Shown: positions 17,119 through 27,700 of the stretch, piece after piece
How positions within the stretch are numbered: position 1 is the stretch's first letter
Layout of the letters: every line of letters starts with the position of its first letter
Translations under genes and position numbers: made by a program
IMG/VR virus record: IMGVR_UViG_3300021139_001731
Span: 1,580-65,579 of that record
DNA from: a virus
Lineage: Duplodnaviria; Caudoviricetes
Direction: 5' to 3' (one strand)
Length of the DNA: 64,000 bases
The notes under the pieces: generated by a model
Told to the model about the DNA's origin: nothing
What the model saw: only the letters and a program-made list of their open reading frames with translations
Databases searched by the model: none

Positions 17119-18440
17119 TGTGGTCACAATTTTATGATGAAGTAGGAACTAAAATGAAACAAGCCGATTGGAAATCTTCGGATGAATGGGCAAATTATTT
17201 TAGTAAGAAATATGATGAGTGTATAAAGAGAGGATTTGATAATACTACAAAAAATCCAATTAAAAAAGGTAATGTAGAATTGATGAATGCACTTTTACAA
17301 TCAGCAGCGGCAACTTCTTTAGCAGCTTCTAATCCATCATTTTATAGTTCATACATTACATTATTAGGAAATGCGGTTGTTGGATATTGGACGGGTTCCG
17401 AATTACAAAACACTTCTATTCCGGTATTTCCTGCACCTGGTACATTAGTTAATTTATCTGTTACTTCTAATGTTGTTACTAATCCTGGTAAATTTTCAAA
17501 TGGGGTTACTCCTCCAATTACAAATGTAGATGAATTTCTAAAATTGTTTATAAGTTTAGCACAATTGCATTTAACTACAATACAAGGTAGTTGTTATACA
17601 ATTTCACAATACCCACCACCATTACCACCTGGACCTGGTGTTATAAGTTGGACCGGATATAAAGTTGAAATGGGTAAATTAAATTCAACTCAATCAATTG
17701 CACCATATGAAATTAATAATGCAGATTTTAAATTAACCGATGATGAAACAATAGGTGCAGAAAACGATTTGAAAAAAGCCGATGAAACAATTGTAGAGGT
17801 TAAACAAAAACAAGCTACAAAAGAAATATCAGATGATGAAGCGGTTGTATTATTAGAATCTTCATACGAAGCAAAGGAATTAGCTACTTATAAAATTTCT
17901 ACCGGTATGAATGTTAGCATTGGCGTAGATGTTGATATTTTGAATAATATACAACAGTCTACCAAAGATGATAATATTGGAAAAAGAATTGTAGCATATG
18001 CAAAAATAGCAGCATCTATTCCAGTTTTAGAAACACCTGCAACTTCAAATTATGGTGGATATGTTACTACATATTTAAATGCAGTGGGTATTAATCGTCC
18101 TGCATTTTGGTGTGCAGCAGCTGTTAGTTATTGGTTTAAACAAGCAGGAGCCAAATCACCTAATTCTGCCAGTTGTGCGGAATGGAAATCTTGGGCAATT
18201 AGAAATGGATTATGGTCATCCACTCCAGTTTATGGTGCAGCTATTATTTATTCAAATGCAGCTGGTATTCCGCATCACATTGGTATAGTTGCAGACCCTA
18301 ACCCAAATGCACAAGGTAGAATTACAACAATAGAAGGAAATACTACGGGTGGTGGATTTAATAGAGATGGTGTAGGGGTATTTGTAAAGAATCCAAGATT
18401 AGGAGCAATTAATGGATTTATTATCCCAAAAAAGAAATAA
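17118..18440 (+). CDS. Virion-associated protein with C-terminal CHAP amidase
   Basis: FWCAAAVSYW (Cys), HHIGIV (His), TIEGNT (Glu). Confidence 0.8.
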   Translation: MWSQFYDEVGTKMKQADWKSSDEWANYFSKKYDECIKRGFDNTTKNPIKKGNVELMNALLQSAAATSLAASNPSFYSSYITLLGNAVVGYWTGSELQNTSIPVFPAPGTLVNLSVTSNVVTNPGKFSNGVTPPITNVDEFLKLFISLAQLHLTTIQGSCYTISQYPPPLPPGPGVISWTGYKVEMGKLNSTQSIAPYEINNADFKLTDDETIGAENDLKKADETIVEVKQKQATKEISDDEAVVLLESSYEAKELATYKISTGMNVSIGVDVDILNNIQQSTKDDNIGKRIVAYAKIAASIPVLETPATSNYGGYVTTYLNAVGINRPAFWCAAAVSYWFKQAGAKSPNSASCAEWKSWAIRNGLWSSTPVYGAAIIYSNAAGIPHHIGIVADPNPNAQGRITTIEGNTTGGGFNRDGVGVFVKNPRLGAINGFIIPKKK

Positions 18441-18471
18441 TAAATAATTATATATAGTAAAAACACAATTT

Positions 18472-18957
18472 ATGGATCAAAAAGAATTAATTAAGGCATT
18501 AGTGAAGGTTTTAAGAGAAGATATTAAAAAAACTCTTAAAGAAGAAATTCGCAAAGCTGTACATGAAGTTCTAAACGAACAAGTTTCAGAACCTACTCAA
18601 AAACCAAGAGTAAACGAAGATTATCAATTTAAATCAAAAGATGATGGTGGTTGGGGAACAATAGATTATTCACAAAGACAAGCAGCACCAACTAGACCTA
18701 TGATATCACCTGATATGTTAGGATATGGTGATGGATTTAATGATTATATGCAACCTGAACAAGCACCAGCAAGTAATTGGGGTGGTCGTGGAGATGAAGA
18801 ATATGGTTCTTATTTACAAGGACAAGAAGAAGGTGGTATTCCATTACATGTTAAGGCACAAATTGCAGCACAAAGAAATCCACAGGCAACAGCTCCTGTA
18901 TTAAAAGCTTTGAATAGAGATTATTCTCAATTAGTAAAAAAATTCAATAAGGGGTAA
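18472..18957 (+). CDS. Hypothetical protein
   Basis: 161-aa ORF within the structural operon. Confidence 0.65.
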   Translation: MDQKELIKALVKVLREDIKKTLKEEIRKAVHEVLNEQVSEPTQKPRVNEDYQFKSKDDGGWGTIDYSQRQAAPTRPMISPDMLGYGDGFNDYMQPEQAPASNWGGRGDEEYGSYLQGQEEGGIPLHVKAQIAAQRNPQATAPVLKALNRDYSQLVKKFNKG

Positions 18958-18962
18958 TGTAA

Positions 18963-19388
18963 GTGGCATTTGAATTAGAAAAATCATTTGTAATTGATAC
19001 ACAAGATAAATCCGTTGGTTTAGCATTGCCTATTGGTGGTGCAAATAACGGATATTTTGCTGTAAACTATACTACAAAAGATCAGATTAAATCTAATTTA
19101 AAAAACTTAATATTAACCGAACCAGGCGAAAGAATATCAAATCCAACATTTGGTACTCCATTAAGACAATTTATATTTGAACCATATGAGGAAGGTGAGT
19201 TTGAATCAAAAATTGAAAATGTTATAACAACTGCAATATCAAAGTATTTACCTTATGTTACAATTGAATCTATTATATTTGAAAATAACAATGATAACAA
19301 AGATAAACATTTGGTAAATTTAGAATTAAAATATTCAATAAACTTTTCAGCAATTCCAACAACTGATACATTAACAATTTCATTATAA
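18963..19388 (+). CDS. Baseplate wedge subunit, T4 gp25-like
   Basis: NLKNLILTEPGERISNPTFGTPLRQFIFEP signature; GTG start. Confidence 0.9.
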   Translation: MAFELEKSFVIDTQDKSVGLALPIGGANNGYFAVNYTTKDQIKSNLKNLILTEPGERISNPTFGTPLRQFIFEPYEEGEFESKIENVITTAISKYLPYVTIESIIFENNNDNKDKHLVNLELKYSINFSAIPTTDTLTISL

Positions 19389-19389
19389 A

Positions 19390-21396
19390 ATGGCACTTAA
19401 TCCAATAGATAAAAGCTGGTCAACAAATAAAAAAGATATTAAATATGTGAATAGAGATTTCACATCTTTAAAACAGGCTTTAATTGAATTTACAAAAACA
19501 TATTTCGCAAATACTAATAGTGATTTTAGTGATGCATCTCCTGGTATGATGTTCATAGAACAAGCCGCTTATGTAGGTGATGTTTTATCATACTATACGG
19601 ATGCACAATTAAAAGAATCCTTTATTAACATTGCAAGTAATTATTCAAACATACTTACTCACGCACAAAACTTTGGATACGTTCCTAAGATTAGTAGACC
19701 GGCTACAACAACATTGACAGTTTATCAAACCGTTCCATCTAATAATGGTGAACCGGATTATAATTATTGTGTTAAGATTAAAGCAGGAATGCAAATACAA
19801 TCACAATCAAATTCAGGTGTTACATTTATAACAGAGGATGTGGTTGATTTTACCGATGCTAATGGTAGAACGGTTTCTGTATTAACTACCGATACAACAG
19901 GCACACCTCAACTTTATTTATTAACAAAAACAGTTAAGGCTATTAGTGCAAATGTAGTAACTGAAACTTTTCCGTTGGGAACATTTACACCAAATCCAAC
20001 ATTTAATATTATAGATTCTAATTTTATAAAAATAATATCGGTTACTGATAATGCGAACACTTATTATGAAGTTCCGTATTTGGCACAAGAAATGGTGTAT
20101 GTAAAACAACCAAATGCATCTATATATGATTCAACATTGGCAGGTAATAGTGATGTTACACCATACACATTAAAATTAGTTAAAACCAATAGAAGGTTTA
20201 CTACAAGAGTAATTGATGTTGATACCGTTCAATTAAGATTTGGTGCAGCAAGTGAGACAACGGCAGATGAAATGATTGTTCCTAATACTAAAAATGTTGG
20301 GTTGGGTTTAAACAATTCAATAAATAGATTAGATGCATCTTTTGACCCATCTAATTTCTTAAAAACATCTACATATGGTATAGCACCATCGGGTATAGGA
20401 AATACTTTAACAGTAACGTATCTAAGTGGTGGTGGAATTTCATCAAATGTAAAATCTAATGATTTAAGAAAAATAACAGGTATTGATTTTGATGAAGAAT
20501 TATTATCTTTTAGTAATATATCATTACCTACATATCAACAATCAAAAGCTTCAATAGCAGTAGATAATTTAATTCCTGCTACGGGTGGTAGAGGTATTGA
20601 AACATTAGATGAAATTAGAGAAAATGCAATTGCAAATTATGCATCACAAAATAGATGTGTAACAGCATCAGATTATGAGGTTAGAGCGTTATCATTAGAC
20701 CCTTCATTTGGTAGTATAGCAAAAGTATATGTAGAACAAGATTCTTCAGCAGATATAACTCCTACACAAAATATATTAAGAGATCCTGCTGCTCGAGCAC
20801 AATTTGTAGCATTCACAAAATCTTTGGTAGGTTTAAGTGAAGCAGATACTAAAATTGCAATAGATACTTTCTTACAATCTAAAGGTACTGTTAATTCAAA
20901 TAATAACCCATTTGCAATCAATATGTATACATTGGGGTACGATAGTAATGGAAATCTTACACAACTTAATGATGCAACTAAAAACAACCTTAAAACGTAT
21001 TTAAACGAGTATAGATTGATTACAGATGCAGTGAATATATTAGATGGATTTATTATTAATATTGGAGTTAATTTTCAAATAACAGTTTATTCAAATTATA
21101 ATAAAAGTGCAGTTGTATTAGCATGTGTACAGGCCGTAACTAATTATTTTGATATTAATAATAGAAAAATAAATCAACCTATTAATTTAAGTGAATTAGA
21201 GTTAGAATTAGCAAATGTTGAAGGTGTGGCATCCGTTCCTAGTGTTGAAATAATTAATATTGCACAAGATGGATATTCTCTATATACTTATGATATAAAG
21301 GCGGCAACACAAAATAAAATTGTTTATCCTTCAATGGATCCTTCTATTTTTGAATTGAAGTTTCCTAATACGGATATTAAAGGGAGAGCATTATAA
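19390..21396 (+). CDS. Baseplate wedge protein, T4 gp6 / BaseplateJ-like
   Basis: YVNRDFTSLK, DFSDASPGMMFIE, YLSGGG, SQNRCVTASDYE. Confidence 0.85.
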   Translation: MALNPIDKSWSTNKKDIKYVNRDFTSLKQALIEFTKTYFANTNSDFSDASPGMMFIEQAAYVGDVLSYYTDAQLKESFINIASNYSNILTHAQNFGYVPKISRPATTTLTVYQTVPSNNGEPDYNYCVKIKAGMQIQSQSNSGVTFITEDVVDFTDANGRTVSVLTTDTTGTPQLYLLTKTVKAISANVVTETFPLGTFTPNPTFNIIDSNFIKIISVTDNANTYYEVPYLAQEMVYVKQPNASIYDSTLAGNSDVTPYTLKLVKTNRRFTTRVIDVDTVQLRFGAASETTADEMIVPNTKNVGLGLNNSINRLDASFDPSNFLKTSTYGIAPSGIGNTLTVTYLSGGGISSNVKSNDLRKITGIDFDEELLSFSNISLPTYQQSKASIAVDNLIPATGGRGIETLDEIRENAIANYASQNRCVTASDYEVRALSLDPSFGSIAKVYVEQDSSADITPTQNILRDPAARAQFVAFTKSLVGLSEADTKIAIDTFLQSKGTVNSNNNPFAINMYTLGYDSNGNLTQLNDATKNNLKTYLNEYRLITDAVNILDGFIINIGVNFQITVYSNYNKSAVVLACVQAVTNYFDINNRKINQPINLSELELELANVEGVASVPSVEIINIAQDGYSLYTYDIKAATQNKIVYPSMDPSIFELKFPNTDIKGRAL

Positions 21397-22478
21397 TGGT
21401 ATTATTTTATACCGCATCACAAGATGCAACTATATATTTACAACAACCTTACCAAAATACTGGTATAGATGAAGTATTGGAAATATCTAAAGTATATTAT
21501 GGTGATACACCTGATATGAGTAGAGTATTAATTCAATTTGATAACATTGAATTACCAGATGTTCCATTTAGTGCATCTTTACAACTAAAAATAACTAAAG
21601 CAGATGAAATTCCTGCAAGATTTAGTATTGAAGCATATCCTATTAGTGGAAGTTGGGAAATGGGTACTGGTACTCGTTTCGATAATTTAACTACTAATGG
21701 TGCAACTTGGATGTATCGAAATGGTGATAATACATCAACTAATTGGTATACAACAATGGATGGTATTACCGCATCTTATTCTCAATTTGTAACAGGTGAT
21801 AGTAGTGGTTGGGGAGGTAGTTGGTATACAAGTTCGATAGCAACACAATCATTTAATTATAGATTAGATGATATTAATTTAGATGTTACTCAATTCTTTG
21901 AAAGATGGGCAGATAATGAATTAGTTAATAATGGAATTATATTAAAGTTTCCAACGGCAAATGAACAAGATACCGTAGATTATGGTAGTATTAAAATATT
22001 TTCAAAAGAAACCAATACAATATATCAACCTAAATTAGTAATTACTTATTTAGAAGATGATAGTATTAGTGGAAGTTTAGTGGATATTACAGATTATATT
22101 AATAGTAGTTCATATGATGTTCAATATAGAGTGTATTCTCCAAATATTAAAACATCTTATAATGAAGGACAAAAGGTAACTATAAAAGTGGATGCTAGAG
22201 AATTGTATCCGGTAAAACAATTTAATTCTACTTTTGCATATCAGGTAAAATATTATTTACCTACAACATCATATTATTCAATTATAGATACCGTAACAAA
22301 AGAAACTATAATTCCTTATTCTGATGCAAGTAGAGTAATACAAGGTGAATTTAATAATTTGGTAAAATTAAACTTAACCAACTGGCCTATTGGTAGAAAC
22401 TACACATTATTGGTAAAAACAATAGATGTTGATAACGAAGAGATTTTTGAAATAGGTTCATTTGATATTTACGAATAA
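21396..22478 (+). CDS. Structural protein with DNRLRE/CBM-like N-terminal beta domain
   Basis: ASQDATIY...NTG...LEI...RVLIQFD pattern. Confidence 0.5.
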   Translation: MVLFYTASQDATIYLQQPYQNTGIDEVLEISKVYYGDTPDMSRVLIQFDNIELPDVPFSASLQLKITKADEIPARFSIEAYPISGSWEMGTGTRFDNLTTNGATWMYRNGDNTSTNWYTTMDGITASYSQFVTGDSSGWGGSWYTSSIATQSFNYRLDDINLDVTQFFERWADNELVNNGIILKFPTANEQDTVDYGSIKIFSKETNTIYQPKLVITYLEDDSISGSLVDITDYINSSSYDVQYRVYSPNIKTSYNEGQKVTIKVDARELYPVKQFNSTFAYQVKYYLPTTSYYSIIDTVTKETIIPYSDASRVIQGEFNNLVKLNLTNWPIGRNYTLLVKTIDVDNEEIFEIGSFDIYE

Positions 22479-23551
22479 TGGCAATAGAAACATCATACAT
22501 TAATTTTAGTGATTTAAATTCAGAATCAACAATGTCTGCTAAGTTGTATATTGACCAATATGATGCAACTCAATTAGCAAATGCTATTGATATTAAAGTT
22601 ACTGAATTAATTACAGGATTACCAACTGCAAGTTTAGATTTAGTTCCAAAACCTGTATATGATGCAGAAGTATCACATAGTGCAGATTTACAATTGCAAG
22701 TAAATATTTTAACAACAGATAACGATGCATTAAAATCTAGAGTTCAATCATTATTAGCAGATAGTAGTTCTTTATATACTGATAATGATTCTTTAAGAGT
22801 TGCCGCAGCTAAGTTACAAAATACAATAGATTCGGTTCAACAAACAACATTAGAATTAAGAACTAACTTAACTACATCTTTAACTAAAGCAATTAATGAA
22901 GCAACTGAAAGAACTGCATTAGAAGCAGAGAATGCGGGCTTAACGGCTCAAAAGAATGCTTTAATTAAACAGATTGATACTTTAAACAATTTATTAGCAC
23001 AAGCAAATGCAACAATACAAGTAGCACAACAACAATTAAGTGCTAAACAACAAGCAGTAGCTGCGGGTGGTGTTTCTACTGGTGAATTATCCACAATAGT
23101 TTTTTCAAATGGAGATCCTACTAAGTTAATTCAACAAGGTGTAATGATATCTCAGGATTATGGTGGTGGATATGGAAGTAATGCAAAGGCAGGTCAATTT
23201 GCAGCAAGTGGTAATCCATTTGCTAGCACATATCAAACATATTTCGATGTAGTAGCTGGACCTAAAGATATATCTGTTAATATATCATTTAAAGGTGATG
23301 TATTACAATCTCCTTGGAATTTAGGAGTATCTTTACCAGTTCAATTAAAAGCAAATCAAACTCAAAGATTTCAAATGGATTCTCCATCTGCATACTTAAA
23401 TCAATTACCTGGTCAAAATGGTGGTGGATTGTTTTCACATTCATCTCCAACACAATTAAATTATACTATGACTATAACAGCTACAGATATAGACCCTAAT
23501 GGTAAAATTGAAAACAAAGATTTTGTAATGAGAATATATAATCATAACTAA
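22478..23551 (+). CDS. Coiled-coil structural protein
   Basis: Long A/L/Q/T heptad region at aa ~65-195 then a beta-rich C-terminus. Confidence 0.6.
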   Translation: MAIETSYINFSDLNSESTMSAKLYIDQYDATQLANAIDIKVTELITGLPTASLDLVPKPVYDAEVSHSADLQLQVNILTTDNDALKSRVQSLLADSSSLYTDNDSLRVAAAKLQNTIDSVQQTTLELRTNLTTSLTKAINEATERTALEAENAGLTAQKNALIKQIDTLNNLLAQANATIQVAQQQLSAKQQAVAAGGVSTGELSTIVFSNGDPTKLIQQGVMISQDYGGGYGSNAKAGQFAASGNPFASTYQTYFDVVAGPKDISVNISFKGDVLQSPWNLGVSLPVQLKANQTQRFQMDSPSAYLNQLPGQNGGGLFSHSSPTQLNYTMTITATDIDPNGKIENKDFVMRIYNHN

Positions 23552-23553
23552 TT

Positions 23554-24774
23554 ATGGCAATAAACGATTTCCAAAATATTGAAAATATTAATCTTAATTT
23601 AGATTCAACAGCACAATTAATTGCATCTAAAGATTTAACGATATTCAAAACAGGCGCGAAAAATATCACTGATTTTGGAATGTCTAATAATGATGTTATT
23701 GAATTTAGAATATATGATATTTCGAACAACTTATTACAACAAACAGGTGGTAATAATGTAAGATATATTCATAAAGATAATTTATCAAAATATCTATTAA
23801 GTACAACTGACCCTATTACACAAGAATTGATTTATAATATTGATGTTGAAAAATTAATTTATGAAGCAGGTTATGGTAATGGACAATTTAAAGTTTCATT
23901 TAATTTTTTAAAAAATTATTTAGGAAATGAGGATAAGAAACAAAGAGTATGGATACATGAAGTTTCACCTAGTAGAACTGAAATTAGAATAATGCCTTTA
24001 TTGGGAAATGATGAAATTTTGAATCAAAAAATTACAAATAGATACAATTCTTTTTTAGATAAAGCAAATGAATTAAGAGAAGTTATTACTAATATAGAAA
24101 ATACAATAGATTCAATTGAATTACAAATTAGTGATTTAATTGATAAATATTTTATTTCAACTCATGGTAAAGTGTGGTTAGATAAAGTTATAGCTGATTA
24201 TAAATTTAATCATCTATCTTATACTTCATTTAAAACAAAAGTATTTAGTGATTTTAAAAATTCAGTTTACTATCAATTAAATGGTAAAGAATTTAATATT
24301 AATTCAGCTAATTATGGTAATAAAACAAATACACCATTTAATATAGATGAATTTTATAAAACAAATGATATAATATCAATATTACAAAATAGATTACATG
24401 AATCGATTGAATATAATTCATCATTTATTGCACAATATGATATTCCACAAATTGTAAAAGATTATACACAATCAAAAACTGATTCACAATTATTACAATC
24501 ATTATTAGATACAACTTATACAACAAAAAGTAATCTAACACAAAACGATAAATTAGGTATAGTAAATAAAACACCAGTTACAATTGATACAACACCTATT
24601 ACAACAATAAAAGAAGATGTGATAGTACCTACTCCTATTGCAGATCCATTGCCAGTAGAAACAACTACTCCAATATATAGTGGAGGTGGTGGAGGTTCGT
24701 ATTCAAATGGAACATATTCAATGTATACTGGATTATCTAATTATATTGATTTTAATACAAACTATTTTAAATAA
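23554..24774 (+). CDS. Putative baseplate-associated protein
   Basis: HEVSPSRTEIRI motif; located in the structural operon. Confidence 0.55.
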   Translation: MAINDFQNIENINLNLDSTAQLIASKDLTIFKTGAKNITDFGMSNNDVIEFRIYDISNNLLQQTGGNNVRYIHKDNLSKYLLSTTDPITQELIYNIDVEKLIYEAGYGNGQFKVSFNFLKNYLGNEDKKQRVWIHEVSPSRTEIRIMPLLGNDEILNQKITNRYNSFLDKANELREVITNIENTIDSIELQISDLIDKYFISTHGKVWLDKVIADYKFNHLSYTSFKTKVFSDFKNSVYYQLNGKEFNINSANYGNKTNTPFNIDEFYKTNDIISILQNRLHESIEYNSSFIAQYDIPQIVKDYTQSKTDSQLLQSLLDTTYTTKSNLTQNDKLGIVNKTPVTIDTTPITTIKEDVIVPTPIADPLPVETTTPIYSGGGGGSYSNGTYSMYTGLSNYIDFNTNYFK

Positions 24775-24776
24775 GG

Positions 24777-24785
24777 ATATTTATA
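24777..24785 (+). promoter_or_regulatory. ATATTTATA motif
   Basis: 4 nt upstream of ATG 24790. Confidence 0.4.
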
Positions 24786-24789
24786 AGTA

Positions 24790-27700
24790 ATGTTAGACTA
24801 TTTAAGTAATTTATATTCCCAAAATATGGATGGTGCTACATACACACCATTCACTTCATTAGATGTCCTTAATAGTAGTTATGGAAATAATGGGGGTAGT
24901 ATAACAAGTGGAGATAGTTCACAAATTAATACAAATACACAAATTGTTCCGCCACCTACACCAACTGGTGCAGATATAAAATTATTTTTAGATAATATAG
25001 GAACATATAAGAATCAAATGACTTTTAATGTACAAGGTCAATCTTATAATGAAGGTTCAGTATTATTAATTGATTCAAATACAATTAATGATAGTTTAGT
25101 AATTAAACCAATAGTAAATGATGGGTTTACATTAAAAAATTATTTTGAATTAAAAAAGACATTAGTAAATGATACTATACTAATTGATGGTGTATATGAG
25201 CCAACAAAAGTTCCTGGTATTACTTTAATTACATATAATGGCTATGGTTCTACACAAGCAACATCTGATTATGTTTTACCACAAACTATTGATTTGGGTT
25301 TTGATTTAACTCAAACACCAACAGTAAAAACATTTACAAGAATACAAAATGTTTATTTAGTTACAAACTACAATAATACTCAATTAAATAGTGAATTAGA
25401 GGTAACAATAAATTCTATTGACTTAGTATCACCTAAAACAATAAGAATAGGTGATTCGGTTGATATAACCAATGTAAATAATACTTCATCAGATTTATCT
25501 ATTTCAATTAGTGGTTTATCATCATTTGATTTAAGTAATATTAGATGGCAATATTCTAGTAAATTTAATAGTAATAGTACATTTGATATTAATGATTTTA
25601 ATATATTAACATCGGATAATTCTGGATTATTAAGAAGTTCTGATTTTAATTCTAATATTATTTTATTAATTGAAGTAACACCAAATACATCTAATTATCC
25701 TACACTAACATTAGGTGTAAACGATATTAGCTATAATATAGCAGAAAGTGTATTTACAAATAAAAGTTCTAAATTAATTTCAATTCCATATAATGCAAGT
25801 AAATTAGATGGTATTAAAATAACAACACCATATAGAACATTTACTCAGGCGGTAAGTAGAAACGCAGAATTAGATTTACAAAACGATTTTCAAAATAACG
25901 AAGGTCAATTTAAAATATTACTTACTCCATATTCAGAATTATATGGTGATGGTGTTACACAATCAATTATAGTAACAATTAATAAAGTATTAGATACACC
26001 TATTATTGATAAAATAGATTATCCAACAAATGTAGTAATACCTGTTTATAGTTTTGGTGATACTAATTTTACAATATCATTTGAAAGTAATTTAGCTACA
26101 AACGTATTTATTTATCATTCAACTGAGGATAACTCTAATTTATTTGGTAATTTTAATTCAAAAGATAGTATTCAACTTAATTATAATTCTATAAAGGCAT
26201 TTAATACAAATGCAAAATTAGATTTATTATTAGTTCCATATAATGGAAATATAAAGGGGGAAATTGAAAGAATTAGTATTTTATTTGATGATCCTGGATT
26301 TTATGTTTCTACACAAAATTTAAAAGATGAATTATTTAATGCAATTGCATCTCAATTAAAATTTAATTTAAATAAACCAAATTATTTAAATCATTTAGCA
26401 TCATTTGATATTGATGATAAACAAATTATAATTTCAAATTGGGATACTGATAATACAACTTTTACTAAATTTAAGAATGATGAATTAGGTAATAAAGTTC
26501 CAGATGGAGAAATAAATAAAAGTATTGTATTAAAATTATACGAACCATTACCTACTAATATTAACAAAAATGATGTATTATGGGTATCTGAACTTGTTTC
26601 TTTACCAATACTTCAATCAGTAATTGTATCTGGAACACTTACTGATAATACTATACCATTAAGACCCGCTAATTTTAATATTGAAGTTGATTTTGTAAAA
26701 GGTCAATCTACCGGTTTTCAATCATATGATGGATTAATATTAAGTGGTTCACAAAGTTCTCAACAAATAGTAGATACATATTTAGTTCAAAACTTTATAG
26801 ATATCGAAGGAATTAATATAGATTATACAGATTTTTCTAATTTTGTAAAATATAGTAGTGCAGTTGAAAGATTAGCTAATTTTAAATATAAAAAAGATTT
26901 AATAGACTTTTATGATAATAAAATAGAAGTATTGTTACCATCTGCTAGTGTTTTACCAACTGTTCAATTAGATATTATAAATTATGAAAATAATAAAAAT
27001 ACATTAATTAATGGTTTTGATAATTGGGAAAAATATTTACAAAACAATGTATTTACTGGTTCTATTTCAACAAATGATTTATTATTAAATGAATATAACA
27101 CATATTTAAGTAATGCAACTATATACGATAAGGAAAATGTAAATTCATTAAAATCAAATATTCCAAATCATATTATAGAAGATAGTGGAAATTTAGATTT
27201 CTTATTGTTCTTAGATATGATAGGAAACTATTTTGATATTATATGGTCTTACATAAATGGTATAAGCGATCAAAAGAAAATTGCAGAAACTAATAAATCT
27301 GGTATAGAAGATAAATTTTTATATCAATATTTGGAATCATTTGGTTGGGATGCTAAAAATCTTAATTCTAATAAACAACTTTGGAACTATGTATTTGGAT
27401 TGAACGATGCAGGTTTAAATAACACATATACATCAGATGAATATTTAGGTGATAATACAATACAAATTACACCAGAACAAGCTACTAATCAAGTTTGGAG
27501 AAGAATTGCAAATAACTTACCATATCTATTAAAACATAGAGGTAGTGTTAGAGGTATTAATGCATTATTGACTTGTTATGGTATAGCTTCATCAAATCTT
27601 TCTATAATGGAATTTGGTGGACCTACAATCGATACCGTAGTAGATACTCCTAAATTTATATACGATAGTTTAACTTATAATTTAGTATTTGATAATAAAA

